Shown one piece after another: positions 18,168 to 30,655 of a stretch of 64,000 bases of DNA. Position 1 is the first letter of the stretch. Every line of letters begins with the position of its first letter. The stretch lies in NCBI GenBank assembly GCA_016208965.1, contig JACQXB010000023.1, positions 25,904-89,903 on the forward strand, given 5' to 3'. Under the pieces are notes generated by a model that saw only the letters and a program-made list of their open reading frames with translations, did not search any database and was not told the DNA's origin. The position numbers and the translations under genes were made by a program. The stretch is from Nitrospirota bacterium. GTDB taxonomy: Bacteria; Nitrospirota; Thermodesulfovibrionia; UBA6902; DSMQ01.

Positions 18168-18365
18168 TCAGGTGTCTCTATTTACTCCTCACGTATTCAC
18201 GTATTCCAGGGACACCATACTTAATTCTATTGTCATTCTTTTTGGTTCATGCTTCAGGTGACATCAGACTCTGGCTCTTTTTTGAGACTTACTTTAAACT
18301 TTGCCGCTAAAGCATTCTTGTTTTTTTTATACAAGAAGAAAATAGATAAATATCTCCCTGCATCA

Positions 18366-19853
18366 TTATTCCATCTTTTTTTCTATGAACGCATCCCTCA
18401 ATAGTTTGCTCTGTCTCTCAAAAGCCTGTCTCGGATTTTTAGGGTCTTTCATAAGGGAAATTTCCTGAGTGATGAGCCTTGCAAGGTTAAGCACATGGGT
18501 ATCTACTTTTGCAGATTCTCTTTTGTAAAGGGGATGGTCTTTGTTTATGTAGATTGTTGTCTCTTCAGAAAAGACCTCAGGACCGTCTTCTCCAAAGCTG
18601 TCTACACAGCAAGAAACACCTATCTCCCCAAACTTTATTCTCTTTATTACAGCATTTGGTGTTAACTGCTTTACTTTTGGTTTTTTCTTTTTCTTGGTTT
18701 TTTCTGCCTTTACGATTTTTTCAGACATTTCGGGATGAACTGTCTCTGTTATCCCCCCCTTTGATGTTGTTGTTGCTGCTCCTCCGATGCCTTTTGTCTC
18801 CTCTCCTATCGGCAACGCTCCGAAAGGGGATAAATCAGGGTTTGAAGCTAATGACTTATATATCCTCTGAAGCGCCTCTTTTAAGGCACGGCTGACTTTC
18901 CTGCCTTCTTTTTTGCCGGTAAGTCTTTGAAGAACAGTTTTTACATCTGCCATAACCTTTTCCATAACTTTCTGGAATGATTCGTATTCAGGAGAATCTT
19001 TTATAAAACCTGTTCTGTCGCTTGTAATCGGTAAAAAGTCTGCGTTTACCTCTCCTCTTATCCTTATCATTACCCTTCCCCATGTCTCCATGCCAAAAAG
19101 TTCGCGTTTTACAGTTACCTGTTTTACCTTAACCTCTATTCCAACGTCCTTAGTCGTTGAGGCGGTATCGGGGAGTACTACTATCTCCCCTGTAACGGGA
19201 CCAAAACTTGTTCCTTCAATAAATGGAATTCTATGTCCTGTAAGACTTCTTGGGGTAATGGTATGACTATTAATCCTCACCCTGAAATGAGGCGCCTTTA
19301 AAGGTGTCCCTTCAATTATTTTTGCCTCTATATCCTTTGGATCAAACCTCCTGCTTAATCCTATAAGTATGACAGTTGTCCCGCTTTCCTTACGGAAATC
19401 AGGCGGTAATATTTCAAGGGGAAGATGCCAAATGTCTCTGGTTTTTCCCCATTCCTCTTTGTCAAAAATTACCCTTGCTGCAAAATCATTGTTTTTTGTT
19501 ATTACCTCAAATCGTTTGCACGCTGAGAGACTTGCGAACTTTCCAATGCCAAACTGTCCGATTCTGTCCCTGCCGTAAACCGGAGATTTCGGGGCATAGA
19601 GTTTCTGCTGAGAGCCTATATTAAAATATTGCTTGAGACCGTCTCTATCCATGCCCGTCCCGTTATCCCTGATTTCAATTATATCATCGGTAACAATAAC
19701 CTCAACAACCGTTGCATCTGCATCATAGCCGTTATTTACAAGCTCTCTTATAAATTCAATGCTCTCTGTATAAAGCCTCTCCCCAATAGTGATGATGTGG
19801 CTTTTATCAATAGTTACCAGGATGTATTCGCTGCCTTGATGTCCTTCAGTCAT
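18366..19853 (-). CDS. GHKL (MORC/Hsp90-like) ATPase of unknown function
   Basis: RELVNNGYDA, DNGTGM, GQFGIGKFA, GTTV; S5-like region GEVNADFLPITSDR. Confidence 0.85.
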   Translation of the reverse strand: MTEGHQGSEYILVTIDKSHIITIGERLYTESIEFIRELVNNGYDADATVVEVIVTDDIIEIRDNGTGMDRDGLKQYFNIGSQQKLYAPKSPVYGRDRIGQFGIGKFASLSACKRFEVITKNNDFAARVIFDKEEWGKTRDIWHLPLEILPPDFRKESGTTVILIGLSRRFDPKDIEAKIIEGTPLKAPHFRVRINSHTITPRSLTGHRIPFIEGTSFGPVTGEIVVLPDTASTTKDVGIEVKVKQVTVKRELFGMETWGRVMIRIRGEVNADFLPITSDRTGFIKDSPEYESFQKVMEKVMADVKTVLQRLTGKKEGRKVSRALKEALQRIYKSLASNPDLSPFGALPIGEETKGIGGAATTTSKGGITETVHPEMSEKIVKAEKTKKKKKPKVKQLTPNAVIKRIKFGEIGVSCCVDSFGEDGPEVFSEETTIYINKDHPLYKRESAKVDTHVLNLARLITQEISLMKDPKNPRQAFERQSKLLRDAFIEKKME

Positions 19854-20021
19854 TTTTGTATTCTCATCCTACCACAATTAAATGACAATTAAAAGGTCCT
19901 AATCGATTGAAATTTCTCTATACCATCCATGAGTTCGGCATAAATATCTTCAACCTCTCCCGGAAAGTTTCACCTGCAGATTGACACCGCTGTTTTAGAT
20001 GTGATAGGCTTTTTATAAGCT

Positions 20022-21116
20022 ATGGATAAATCAGCAATCATAAAAAAGGCACAGAAGTATACTGCACAGGGTGATATAGACAAAGCCATCGCTGAATGGC
20101 AAAAACTCCTTGCGGATGATAAAGACGGCAATATCCATAATGTAATAGGTGATTTATATCTAAAAAAAAGAGATAAAGAAAACGCCATTGAGGCCTTTAA
20201 GAAGGCTGCCGACTTCTTCAGAAAAGATGGTTTTTATCTAAAGGCTATTGCTATATATAAAAAAATCCTCAATATAGATCCATCAGATATATTAAGCCTT
20301 ATTGCCCTGGGAGAGCTTAACGCAGAAAAGGGCTTAATAGGAACTGCTAATGAGTATTTCCTCGCTGCAGCAGAGATATTTACAAAAGAAGGCTCCATAG
20401 AAAAGGTATTGGATATATATAAAAAGATGCTCAGTTTTTCCCCATCTGATATACCCTTAAAGATAAAGGAATATAAAAAACTTCTTGGCAGTATATATCT
20501 CAAAGGGGGGATAAAGGATAAGGCATGGGAATGGTTGTCGACTTTTATAGAGGAGTTAATCCTTTTAAAAAAGTGGGATGAGGCACTTGAACTCCTCGGG
20601 AATTTTAGTGGTTTCAATCCAATAGAAGTTAAGAGACATATTATAAGTATCTATAATGGAAAAGGTGATAACGATAGGGTAATAAAGGAAATGCTTGATC
20701 TTGCAGGGCTATACGAAGGCAATGGTCTCTTAAAAGAAGCCCTTCAGTTATACGAAGATCTTCTGGAGTTGGCTCCTTCTCTGAAATCAGCAAGAGAAAA
20801 AATCAGTGAACTTAGAAAAACCATTGGAGAGGAGATAATGCCTCCTGAGGTGAAGCCTGTTATTATTAAAGAGAGCAGGATACCATTAGAAGAATCTATC
20901 CCCCCCCATGCTACCCCCAACGCCTTAAAAGAAGGTCTGGAAGAAGCAGAGTTTTATATTCAACAGGACCTTAAAGATGAAGCTATAAACATCTACGAGG
21001 GGCTGCTATCTACCTTTCCTGATGACAAAGAGATAGCAGAGAGGCTCCGTTTACTTAAATATTCTGAAGGAAAGAAGCATGTTAAAACCAAAAAAGACAG
21101 GGTGTCGTATATATAA
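20022..21116 (+). CDS. Tetratricopeptide repeat protein
   Basis: Repeated TPR helices, EEAEFY..Q.L..EA motif, basic tail KKDRVSYI. Confidence 0.8.
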   Translation: MDKSAIIKKAQKYTAQGDIDKAIAEWQKLLADDKDGNIHNVIGDLYLKKRDKENAIEAFKKAADFFRKDGFYLKAIAIYKKILNIDPSDILSLIALGELNAEKGLIGTANEYFLAAAEIFTKEGSIEKVLDIYKKMLSFSPSDIPLKIKEYKKLLGSIYLKGGIKDKAWEWLSTFIEELILLKKWDEALELLGNFSGFNPIEVKRHIISIYNGKGDNDRVIKEMLDLAGLYEGNGLLKEALQLYEDLLELAPSLKSAREKISELRKTIGEEIMPPEVKPVIIKESRIPLEESIPPHATPNALKEGLEEAEFYIQQDLKDEAINIYEGLLSTFPDDKEIAERLRLLKYSEGKKHVKTKKDRVSYI

Positions 21117-21118
21117 AC

Positions 21119-21363
21119 TAATGCAAACGCATTAAGTAAAGTATGAACCATAACGGTTCATACTAAAGTTACAAAAGTAAAATGAATACAATTAAAAAAT
21201 CCCCCTTCATCCCCCTTTTACAAAGGTATGAACCAGAGCGGTTCATACCAAAGGGGGAGATTCCTTACGTTCCCCTCTTTAGCAAAGCCATACTTTGTTC
21301 CCCTCTTTGGCAAAGAGGGGTGAGGGGAGATTTTATGTAAACTAATTTAATGCGTTTGTATTA
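21119..21363. mobile_element. ~245-bp MITE, copy B (inverted relative to copy A)
   Basis: Reverse complement of 5564-5809 with few substitutions. Confidence 0.9.
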
Positions 21364-21399
21364 AGTTGCGTATAACGCGTTACGGCTCACAGAGGCAAT

Positions 21400-22260
21400 A
21401 TGGATTGCTTAGAATTTTATAGTTTAAGACAGCAGCCCTTCTCAAACACTGTTGAGACAAAATTTTACTACAATAGCCAGCAGCACGCAGAGGCTATGGT
21501 ACGGCTAAAATACGCAATTGACACCATGAAGGGGCTTGCTGTTGTAGTGGGAGACATTGGCACAGGCAAGACAACACTTGCCAGAAAGATGATTGATGAG
21601 CTTGATGAAACAAAATATGAGTCAGCCCTGCTTGTTGTAATTCACTCATCTATTACAACAGAATGGCTTATGAGAAAGATTGCCATACAGATCGGGGTAC
21701 AAAATCCTGCAAGCATAAAATCAGAGCTGTTGGGGCAGGTTTATGAGAGATTAACCGAAGTCTATGAGGCAGGACTAAAGCCTGTTATCCTTATAGACGA
21801 AGTACAGATGCTTCAGTCACGCGAGATTATGGAAGAATTCAGAGGGCTTCTTAATATGGATGTCCCAGAAGGGAAGCTTGTGACTTTTGTGTTTTTTGGT
21901 CTTCCAGAGTTGGATGAGGTTCTATCTCTGGATGAACCCCTCAGACAGCGTATTGCTGTCAAATGCAGGTTAAAGGCATATACTGAAGATATAACAAGCG
22001 ATTATATAAGACACAGACTTAAGGTTGCAGGATGTGACCATAACGTCTTTACAGAAGAGGCTATCAAAGCCATTTATCTTTACTCTAATGGAGTTCCACG
22101 ACTGATAAATACAGTTTGCGACAATGCCCTTCTTGAAGGATACATTCTTAAGAAAAAAGAGATCGACAGGGGCATCATTGAATCCGTTGCTGTCAGCCTT
22201 GGACTAAAAATAGAACCAACTCCAAAAGTTCATAAAGAACCGCACGCAGGGATATTGTAG
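21400..22260 (+). CDS. ExeA/GspA-family AAA ATPase
   Basis: GDIGTGKTT, IDEVQ, LRQRI, GVPRLINTVCDNALL. Confidence 0.9.
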   Translation: MDCLEFYSLRQQPFSNTVETKFYYNSQQHAEAMVRLKYAIDTMKGLAVVVGDIGTGKTTLARKMIDELDETKYESALLVVIHSSITTEWLMRKIAIQIGVQNPASIKSELLGQVYERLTEVYEAGLKPVILIDEVQMLQSREIMEEFRGLLNMDVPEGKLVTFVFFGLPELDEVLSLDEPLRQRIAVKCRLKAYTEDITSDYIRHRLKVAGCDHNVFTEEAIKAIYLYSNGVPRLINTVCDNALLEGYILKKKEIDRGIIESVAVSLGLKIEPTPKVHKEPHAGIL

Positions 22261-22312
22261 TTTCAGGCAAATATGCTAAAAATAGAACTAACTCCAAAAG
22301 TTCATAAAGAAC
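22204..22312 (+). repeat. Two 37-bp direct repeats separated by 35 bp
   Basis: CTAAAAATAGAAC(C/T)AACTCCAAAAGTTCATAAAGAAC at 22204-22240 and 22276-22312. Confidence 0.85.
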
Positions 22313-22321
22313 TACTATAAC

Positions 22322-23083
22322 TCATATATTTTCTTTGAAATCATTTTCCTCAAGTAATGGATTAACAAAGAGTTTTTCAATCTTTATTGAAAACCTGTAG
22401 TTGCCTGCCTCAACCTTCAAGTTAGACGAATACCAGAAGTCTCCGGCTTTCTTTGGCTCTTCATAGAGAATATATATCTTTTTATCTCTAACTATAAGCT
22501 CCTGGCTTTTTGGTAAAAGCGTTAGATTATCAAGATGTATCTCTCTATTCTCTGCCCTTATAATGTACTCCCTTTCATCTTTGTACATAACAGAATTTTC
22601 AAGACCATCCCACCAGAATATAGAAAGATAGAGGTTCCTGCTAAATTCCCTTAAATTAATAACCAGTTTTTCATTAAGCTTGTTATTACCTTTGCCTGAC
22701 AGGTTATATACCACCCCGTCTTTTACGAGGAAGTTCCCCACAGGTATACCTAATGTATACAATCTTATGTGTAGCCAGTTAGGTCTCTTAAGAAGCACAG
22801 ATGCATCAACATATGTATAAGTGTTGTTGTCCTTCTCCGTAGCTACGGCTACAATTACCTTCAATGTCTCAACATCTTTGCTGGCAATGGCAATAATCTC
22901 ATCAAGTGTAAGGTCTATGTCTTTGTATAGAGATGGGGGTGCGACCTTAGGTGCACAACCTACATAAAAAGTGAGAAGTAAGAAGTAAGAAGTAATCCCG
23001 ATTAATCGGGACCACTTCCCACTTCCTACTTCCCAGTTATTCAAGATACTAAAAAAATAGTATCTCAAGTGCCTCATGGACAT
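22322..23083 (-). CDS. Lipoprotein, possibly LolB/DUF4292-like (start may be TTG at 23044)
   Basis: Lipobox YVG-C, beta-rich mature part. Confidence 0.65.
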   Translation of the reverse strand: MSMRHLRYYFFSILNNWEVGSGKWSRLIGITSYFLLLTFYVGCAPKVAPPSLYKDIDLTLDEIIAIASKDVETLKVIVAVATEKDNNTYTYVDASVLLKRPNWLHIRLYTLGIPVGNFLVKDGVVYNLSGKGNNKLNEKLVINLREFSRNLYLSIFWWDGLENSVMYKDEREYIIRAENREIHLDNLTLLPKSQELIVRDKKIYILYEEPKKAGDFWYSSNLKVEAGNYRFSIKIEKLFVNPLLEENDFKENI

Positions 23084-24389
23084 TCTTCGCCCCTATAATC
23101 TCAATGTTTAATCCCTTAATGTTATTGGCATTGCCAGCAGGTATAACACCTCTTTTAAAACCTAACTTCATGGCCTCTTTAATCCTTACCTCTGCCTGGC
23201 TTATCGCCCTTATCTCTCCAGAAAGTCCAACCTCTCCAAAAACAAATGTATTAGGCTCTACAGCCATATTTTTAAAAGAAGATGCAATAGCAGTAACAAC
23301 TGCCATATCCACAGACGGTTCATCTATTCTTAATCCACCAACAACATTGACAAATACATCCATACTGCCAAGGTGCATGCCGATACGTTTTTCAAGAACA
23401 GCAACAAGAAGATTAACTCTCTGATAATCAACACCGAGCGCTGTCCTCCTTGGAAGCCCGAACCCTGATGTAGATGTCAGTGCCTGGAGCTCAACCAGCA
23501 ATGGCCTTGTGCCTTCAAGACTTGCTGTAACTACTGAGCCGGGGACATTAAGCGGTCTTTCAGAGAGGAAAAGTTCAGATGGATTCTCTACTTCTTTAAG
23601 CCCTGATTCGCTCATCTCAAATACACCAATCTCATTCGTAGAGCCAAATCTATTTTTTACTGCCCTGAGGATCCTGAAAGGTCCTCCCTTATCTCCTTCA
23701 AAATAAAGGACTGTGTCAACGATATGTTCAAGGACCCGCGGACCTGCGATAGCGCCTTCTTTGGTAACATGCCCTATTATAAAAATAGGTATGTGATGCT
23801 TTTTAGCGAAAAACATAAGTTTTGTTGCACACTCCCTTATCTGACTTACAGAGCCTGGAGCTGACAGAAGGTCTGAGGAGAATGTTGTCTGGATGGAGTC
23901 AACGACAACTGCATTTGGTTCAATTTCCTCTGCCACAGAGATTATACCTTCAAGCAATGTTTCAGGCAGTAAAACCACATTGGAAGATTTGAACGTTAAC
24001 CTGTCCGCCCTGAGCTTTATTTGTTCAGGAGATTCTTCCCCTGATACATACAGTGTTTTGCCTAACTTTGTTAGTCCCCGAATCGCCTGAAGCAAAAGGG
24101 TTGATTTCCCTATGCCTGGGTCCCCGCCTATAAGCACAATAGATCCCGGCACAACGCCTCCACCTAATGCCCTGTCAAACTCTTTGATTTCAGTAGAGTA
24201 TCGGATGCCTGTTGAAGAAGAAATCTCAGAAAGGATAACAGGGGTAGCTGTCTCGGCCTTTCTGAGTTTGGTAATATTTTTTTCTTCTACAAAACTGTTC
24301 CATGCACCACAGTCAGGACACTTTCCGAGCCACTTAGGAGATGAATAGCCACAACTCTGACATTGATAGAAGATCTTGGGACGCGGCAT
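23049..24389 (-). CDS. radA: DNA repair protein RadA/Sms
   Basis: C4 zinc finger, GDPGIGKST, KNRFG. Confidence 0.97.
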   Translation of the reverse strand: MPRPKIFYQCQSCGYSSPKWLGKCPDCGAWNSFVEEKNITKLRKAETATPVILSEISSSTGIRYSTEIKEFDRALGGGVVPGSIVLIGGDPGIGKSTLLLQAIRGLTKLGKTLYVSGEESPEQIKLRADRLTFKSSNVVLLPETLLEGIISVAEEIEPNAVVVDSIQTTFSSDLLSAPGSVSQIRECATKLMFFAKKHHIPIFIIGHVTKEGAIAGPRVLEHIVDTVLYFEGDKGGPFRILRAVKNRFGSTNEIGVFEMSESGLKEVENPSELFLSERPLNVPGSVVTASLEGTRPLLVELQALTSTSGFGLPRRTALGVDYQRVNLLVAVLEKRIGMHLGSMDVFVNVVGGLRIDEPSVDMAVVTAIASSFKNMAVEPNTFVFGEVGLSGEIRAISQAEVRIKEAMKLGFKRGVIPAGNANNIKGLNIEIIGAKNVHEALEILFF

Positions 24390-26812
24390 CAGTTCTCTTC
24401 TTCTTTTTCGCTCTCAGGTACCCTGGCAACACTTACAACCTTATCATCTTTTCCGAGGTCTATGAGTCTCACACCCTGCGTATTCCTGCCAATTGTGGAA
24501 ATATTTGACGCCTTAAGCCTGATGATCTTCCCGCTGCTTGCAATAATCATTATCTCATCCTCAGTAGTAACCTGCAGTACGCCTACCACTTTTCCGTTCC
24601 TTGGTGTCACCTTTATAGTGATTACCCCTTTGCCGGCCCTGCTCTGGACACGATATTTATCTAAGGGTGTCCTCTTGCCGTAGCCATTTTCTGTCACTGT
24701 AAGCAATGTTGCCTTTTCATCTAAAACATCTGCTGATACTACTTTATCTTTAGGCTGAAGCCTTATACCTCTTACCCCATGCGCAACCCTGCCTATCTCT
24801 CTTACATTTTCTTCCTTGAATCTTATTGATAAACCTTCTCTGGTGCTAAGGACAATATCTTGTTTACCGTCTGTTATTCTTACGCCGATTAATTCATCGT
24901 CAGGGTCAAGATTTATTGCATTTATCCCCTTGGTCCGTGGGTTGCTATAAGCGCTAAGCGCTGTCTTTTTTACAACCCCTTTCTCAGTTGCCATGAATAA
25001 ATAAAGCCCTTCTTTGAATTCCTTTACAGGAAGGACTGTTGTTATGTTCTCACCTTCTACCAACTGAAGAAGGTTTACAATTGCCTTGCCCTTTGCAGCC
25101 CTGCCTGCCTCTGGTATCTGATACACCTTAAGCCAGTAAAGTCTTCCTTTATTTGTGAAGAAAAGAAGGTAGTCATGCGTAGAGGCAGTAAAGAGCTGTT
25201 CAACAAAATCTTCTTCTCTTGTCTCCATTCCGATAAGTCCCTTCCCACCCCTTCGCTGGCTTTTGTAAAGGCTGAGCGGATTACGTTTTATATAACCCTG
25301 ATGAGAAATGGTGATAACCATCTCTTCCTCTGTTATGAGGTCTTCTATGGTTATCTCCTTTGCCTCTCCTGTTATCTCTGTCCTTCTTGGGTCAGCATAA
25401 TTCTTTTTTATCTCAACCGATTCTTCTTTTATTATGTTATTTACCAATGCATCGCTTGCAAGGATTGCCTTTAACCTCTCAATATCTTTAAGTGTATCCT
25501 TATAATCCCTTATAATCTTTTCCCTCTCAAGCCCGGTGAGCCTCTGCAGTTTCATATCAAGGATTGCCTGTGCCTGAACCTTTGTCAGTGGGAATTTTTT
25601 GATTAACCCCTCAAGCGCCTCCTCAGGACTCTTTGATTTTCTTATGAGACTTATAACCTCATCAAGATGGTCAAGGGCAATCTTTAATCCTTCAAGTATG
25701 TGAGCCTTTTCCTCTGCCTTTCTTAATTCAAATCTTGTCTTCCTTGCTATAACATCCCGCCTGTGCGCAAGGAAATACGAAAGAATTCTTTTAATGTCTA
25801 AAACCTTTGGCTGGCTATTCACAATTGTAAGCATTATTATGCCAAAAGTGGACTCCATTGCAGTGTGCTTGTAAAGCTGATTAAGCACCACCTGTGCCAG
25901 CTCTCCGCGCTTAAGCTCTACAACAACCCTTATACCTTCCCTATCAGATTCATCTCTGATGTCTGATATGCCTTCAATCTTTTTCTCGCGCACAAGCTCT
26001 GCAATCTTCTCTATAAGCCTTGCCTTATTTACCTGATACGGAAGCTCTGTGACTATTATGCTTTCACTTTTCCCCTCCTGCTCAATCTCTGCCTTTGCCC
26101 TGATTTTGATAAGCCCTCTGCCTGTAGTATATGCATCAACAATGCCCTGTCTTCCGTGAATGATTCCGCCTGTTGGGAAGTCAGGTCCTTTAATTACCTT
26201 CAAGAGCTTCTCAACCGCTGTATCAGGATTGTCTATCATCAATAAAAGTCCGTCAATAATTTCTCCAAGATTATGAGGCGGTATATTAGTAGCCATTCCA
26301 ACTGCAATGCCTGATGAGCCGTTAATTATAAGGTTTGGAATCTTTGACGGCAGTACCACAGGCTCTTCTGTGGTCTCATCAAAGTTTGTCACAAAGTCAA
26401 CGGTTTCCTTGTCTATGTCTGCAAGTATCTCCTCTGCAATTTTCATAAGGCGCGCCTCTGTATACCTGTAAGCCGCTGGCGGGTCGCCGTCTATGGAGCC
26501 AAAGTTTCCCTGTCCGTCAATAAGTGGATAGCGCATATTAAAGTCCTGAGCAAGCCTTACAAGCGTATCATAAACAGCAGAATCGCCATGCGGGTGGTAC
26601 TTCTTAAGCACCTCTCCGACAACGCCTGCACACTTTGAATATCTCTTTCCCGGCAGAAGCCCTTCTCTAAGCATTGCATAAAGGATTCTTCTCTGCACAG
26701 GCTTAAGCCCGTCTCTTACCTCAGGAAGCGCCCTTCCAATAATTACGCTCATTGCGTAATCAAGGTAGCTGACCTTCATCTCTTCTTCAATGTTTATCAT
26801 TAAGTTAGACAT
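24389..26812 (-). CDS. gyrA: DNA gyrase subunit A
   Basis: [17 protein letters not shown], GyrA-box QRRGGKG. Confidence 0.98.
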   Translation of the reverse strand: MSNLMINIEEEMKVSYLDYAMSVIIGRALPEVRDGLKPVQRRILYAMLREGLLPGKRYSKCAGVVGEVLKKYHPHGDSAVYDTLVRLAQDFNMRYPLIDGQGNFGSIDGDPPAAYRYTEARLMKIAEEILADIDKETVDFVTNFDETTEEPVVLPSKIPNLIINGSSGIAVGMATNIPPHNLGEIIDGLLLMIDNPDTAVEKLLKVIKGPDFPTGGIIHGRQGIVDAYTTGRGLIKIRAKAEIEQEGKSESIIVTELPYQVNKARLIEKIAELVREKKIEGISDIRDESDREGIRVVVELKRGELAQVVLNQLYKHTAMESTFGIIMLTIVNSQPKVLDIKRILSYFLAHRRDVIARKTRFELRKAEEKAHILEGLKIALDHLDEVISLIRKSKSPEEALEGLIKKFPLTKVQAQAILDMKLQRLTGLEREKIIRDYKDTLKDIERLKAILASDALVNNIIKEESVEIKKNYADPRRTEITGEAKEITIEDLITEEEMVITISHQGYIKRNPLSLYKSQRRGGKGLIGMETREEDFVEQLFTASTHDYLLFFTNKGRLYWLKVYQIPEAGRAAKGKAIVNLLQLVEGENITTVLPVKEFKEGLYLFMATEKGVVKKTALSAYSNPRTKGINAINLDPDDELIGVRITDGKQDIVLSTREGLSIRFKEENVREIGRVAHGVRGIRLQPKDKVVSADVLDEKATLLTVTENGYGKRTPLDKYRVQSRAGKGVITIKVTPRNGKVVGVLQVTTEDEIMIIASSGKIIRLKASNISTIGRNTQGVRLIDLGKDDKVVSVARVPESEKEEEN

Positions 26813-26825
26813 TTATTCTCCTTTT

Positions 26826-27002
26826 GATGCACGATGCACGATACAGGATGCACGATTCACGCTGACACTTAGACACTCTGATGCTTTGACACTCTGATAT
26901 GATATGTCTCTAAATTATTACATAAGTGTCAAAGGGTCAAAGTATCAAAGTATCAAAGACTCTGACACTGTGTCCTGTATCATGCATCTTGAATCTTGTA
27001 TC
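26826..27002. repeat. Nested inverted heptamer and octamer arrays
   Basis: (GATNCAS)x5, (TGACACTY-like)x4 ... (AAGTRTCA-like)x4, (TCWTGNA-like)x4. Confidence 0.85.
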
Positions 27003-27012
27003 AATTTACTTT

Positions 27013-29415
<2,403 letters not shown>

Positions 29416-29446
29416 TTATCTCCTCTCTCTAAAGGCAGTGAATAAT

Positions 29447-29509
29447 AGCTATTAGCTATTAGCTATTAGCTTTTAGTTTTTAGCTTATCGCTTATTAGCT
29501 TACAGCTTT
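29447..29509. repeat. Heptamer tandem repeat (TAGCTWT-like)
   Basis: tagctat tagctat tagctat tagcttt tagtttt tagctta ... Confidence 0.85.
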
Positions 29510-29510
29510 T

Positions 29511-30617
29511 TCATATCCTCATTGGCATAATAACGCATGTATAATCTTTCCCTTCTACTTCACGTAAAATGGCAGGACTAAGTGGATCTTGAAGATCCAT
29601 CCTAATAGAGTCACCATCTACAGACCTCAATATATCCATTAAGTAACGGGCATTAAAACCAGTTGATATAGACTCCCCTTTATACTGTATATCCATTTCC
29701 TCCCTTGCCTCTCCAATGTCAGGATTTATAGAAATCAGAATTAACCTGTTAGTTTCTATGTCAAGCCTCACTGCGTTAGTCCCTTCCCTGCTCATTATGG
29801 AAGTCCTTTTTAACGCCCTCAAAAAACCGTGCCTATCTATAGTTGCCTTCTTTTCGTTGCCTTGAGGGATAACCTGCTCATAATTTGGATAAGTCCCCTC
29901 TATAAGTCGTGAGGTGAGGGCAACATCCTCAATGGTAAAATAGACATGATTCTTATCAAGCCCTACCTCAATACTTGTAACTTTTTCTTCAAGGAGTTTA
30001 ATTAGTTCTACAGCAGATTTCTTGGGTAATATGAGCTTTTTCTCCTCTGAGAGATTCCCTTCTATCTCTTTGGTAATAAGTGAGAGTCTGTGTCCATCTG
30101 TACCAACAAACCTTAACTCAACAACCTTTTTCTTTGGAATAAAGTGCAGAAGAATCCCGTTTAAGGTATATCTGGGGTCATTATCACCAGTAGCATAAAT
30201 AGTTTTCTCAATCATGGTCTTTAATACATCTGAATTCATATTCAATACATCTATGCGACTTATTTCTGGTAAGGCAGGGTATTCTTCTTCTGGCAGCCCC
30301 ATTAATTTAAATGTGCTTTTCCCTGAGGAAACCTTTATCCAGTTGTTCTCCTGTGACTCTAACAGTATATCATCCTCTACCTCCTTGGCTATCTCAAATA
30401 GCTTTCTTGCAGGTATGCAGAGACTACCTTTCTCAATAACATCTGCCTTGAATGTCCCCTTAATTACAATATCAAGATCAGTAGCCACAATTGATGCGGT
30501 CTTATCGGCCTTCAATAAAAAGTGGCAAAGTATTGGCATGGTGGTCTTCTTTTCAACAACACCTTGAATCCTCTGCAGCGCACTTTGTATTTCTTCCCTT
30601 TCTATCTTTAGCTTCAT
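29511..30617 (-). CDS. dnaN: DNA polymerase III beta clamp
   Basis: ATDLD, TDGHRL, SRLIEGTYPNY, IMPMRI. Confidence 0.97.
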   Translation of the reverse strand: MKLKIEREEIQSALQRIQGVVEKKTTMPILCHFLLKADKTASIVATDLDIVIKGTFKADVIEKGSLCIPARKLFEIAKEVEDDILLESQENNWIKVSSGKSTFKLMGLPEEEYPALPEISRIDVLNMNSDVLKTMIEKTIYATGDNDPRYTLNGILLHFIPKKKVVELRFVGTDGHRLSLITKEIEGNLSEEKKLILPKKSAVELIKLLEEKVTSIEVGLDKNHVYFTIEDVALTSRLIEGTYPNYEQVIPQGNEKKATIDRHGFLRALKRTSIMSREGTNAVRLDIETNRLILISINPDIGEAREEMDIQYKGESISTGFNARYLMDILRSVDGDSIRMDLQDPLSPAILREVEGKDYTCVIMPMRI

Positions 30618-30655
30618 AATATCCCCCTTTAATTGTTTCTATTTATTTATAGTTT

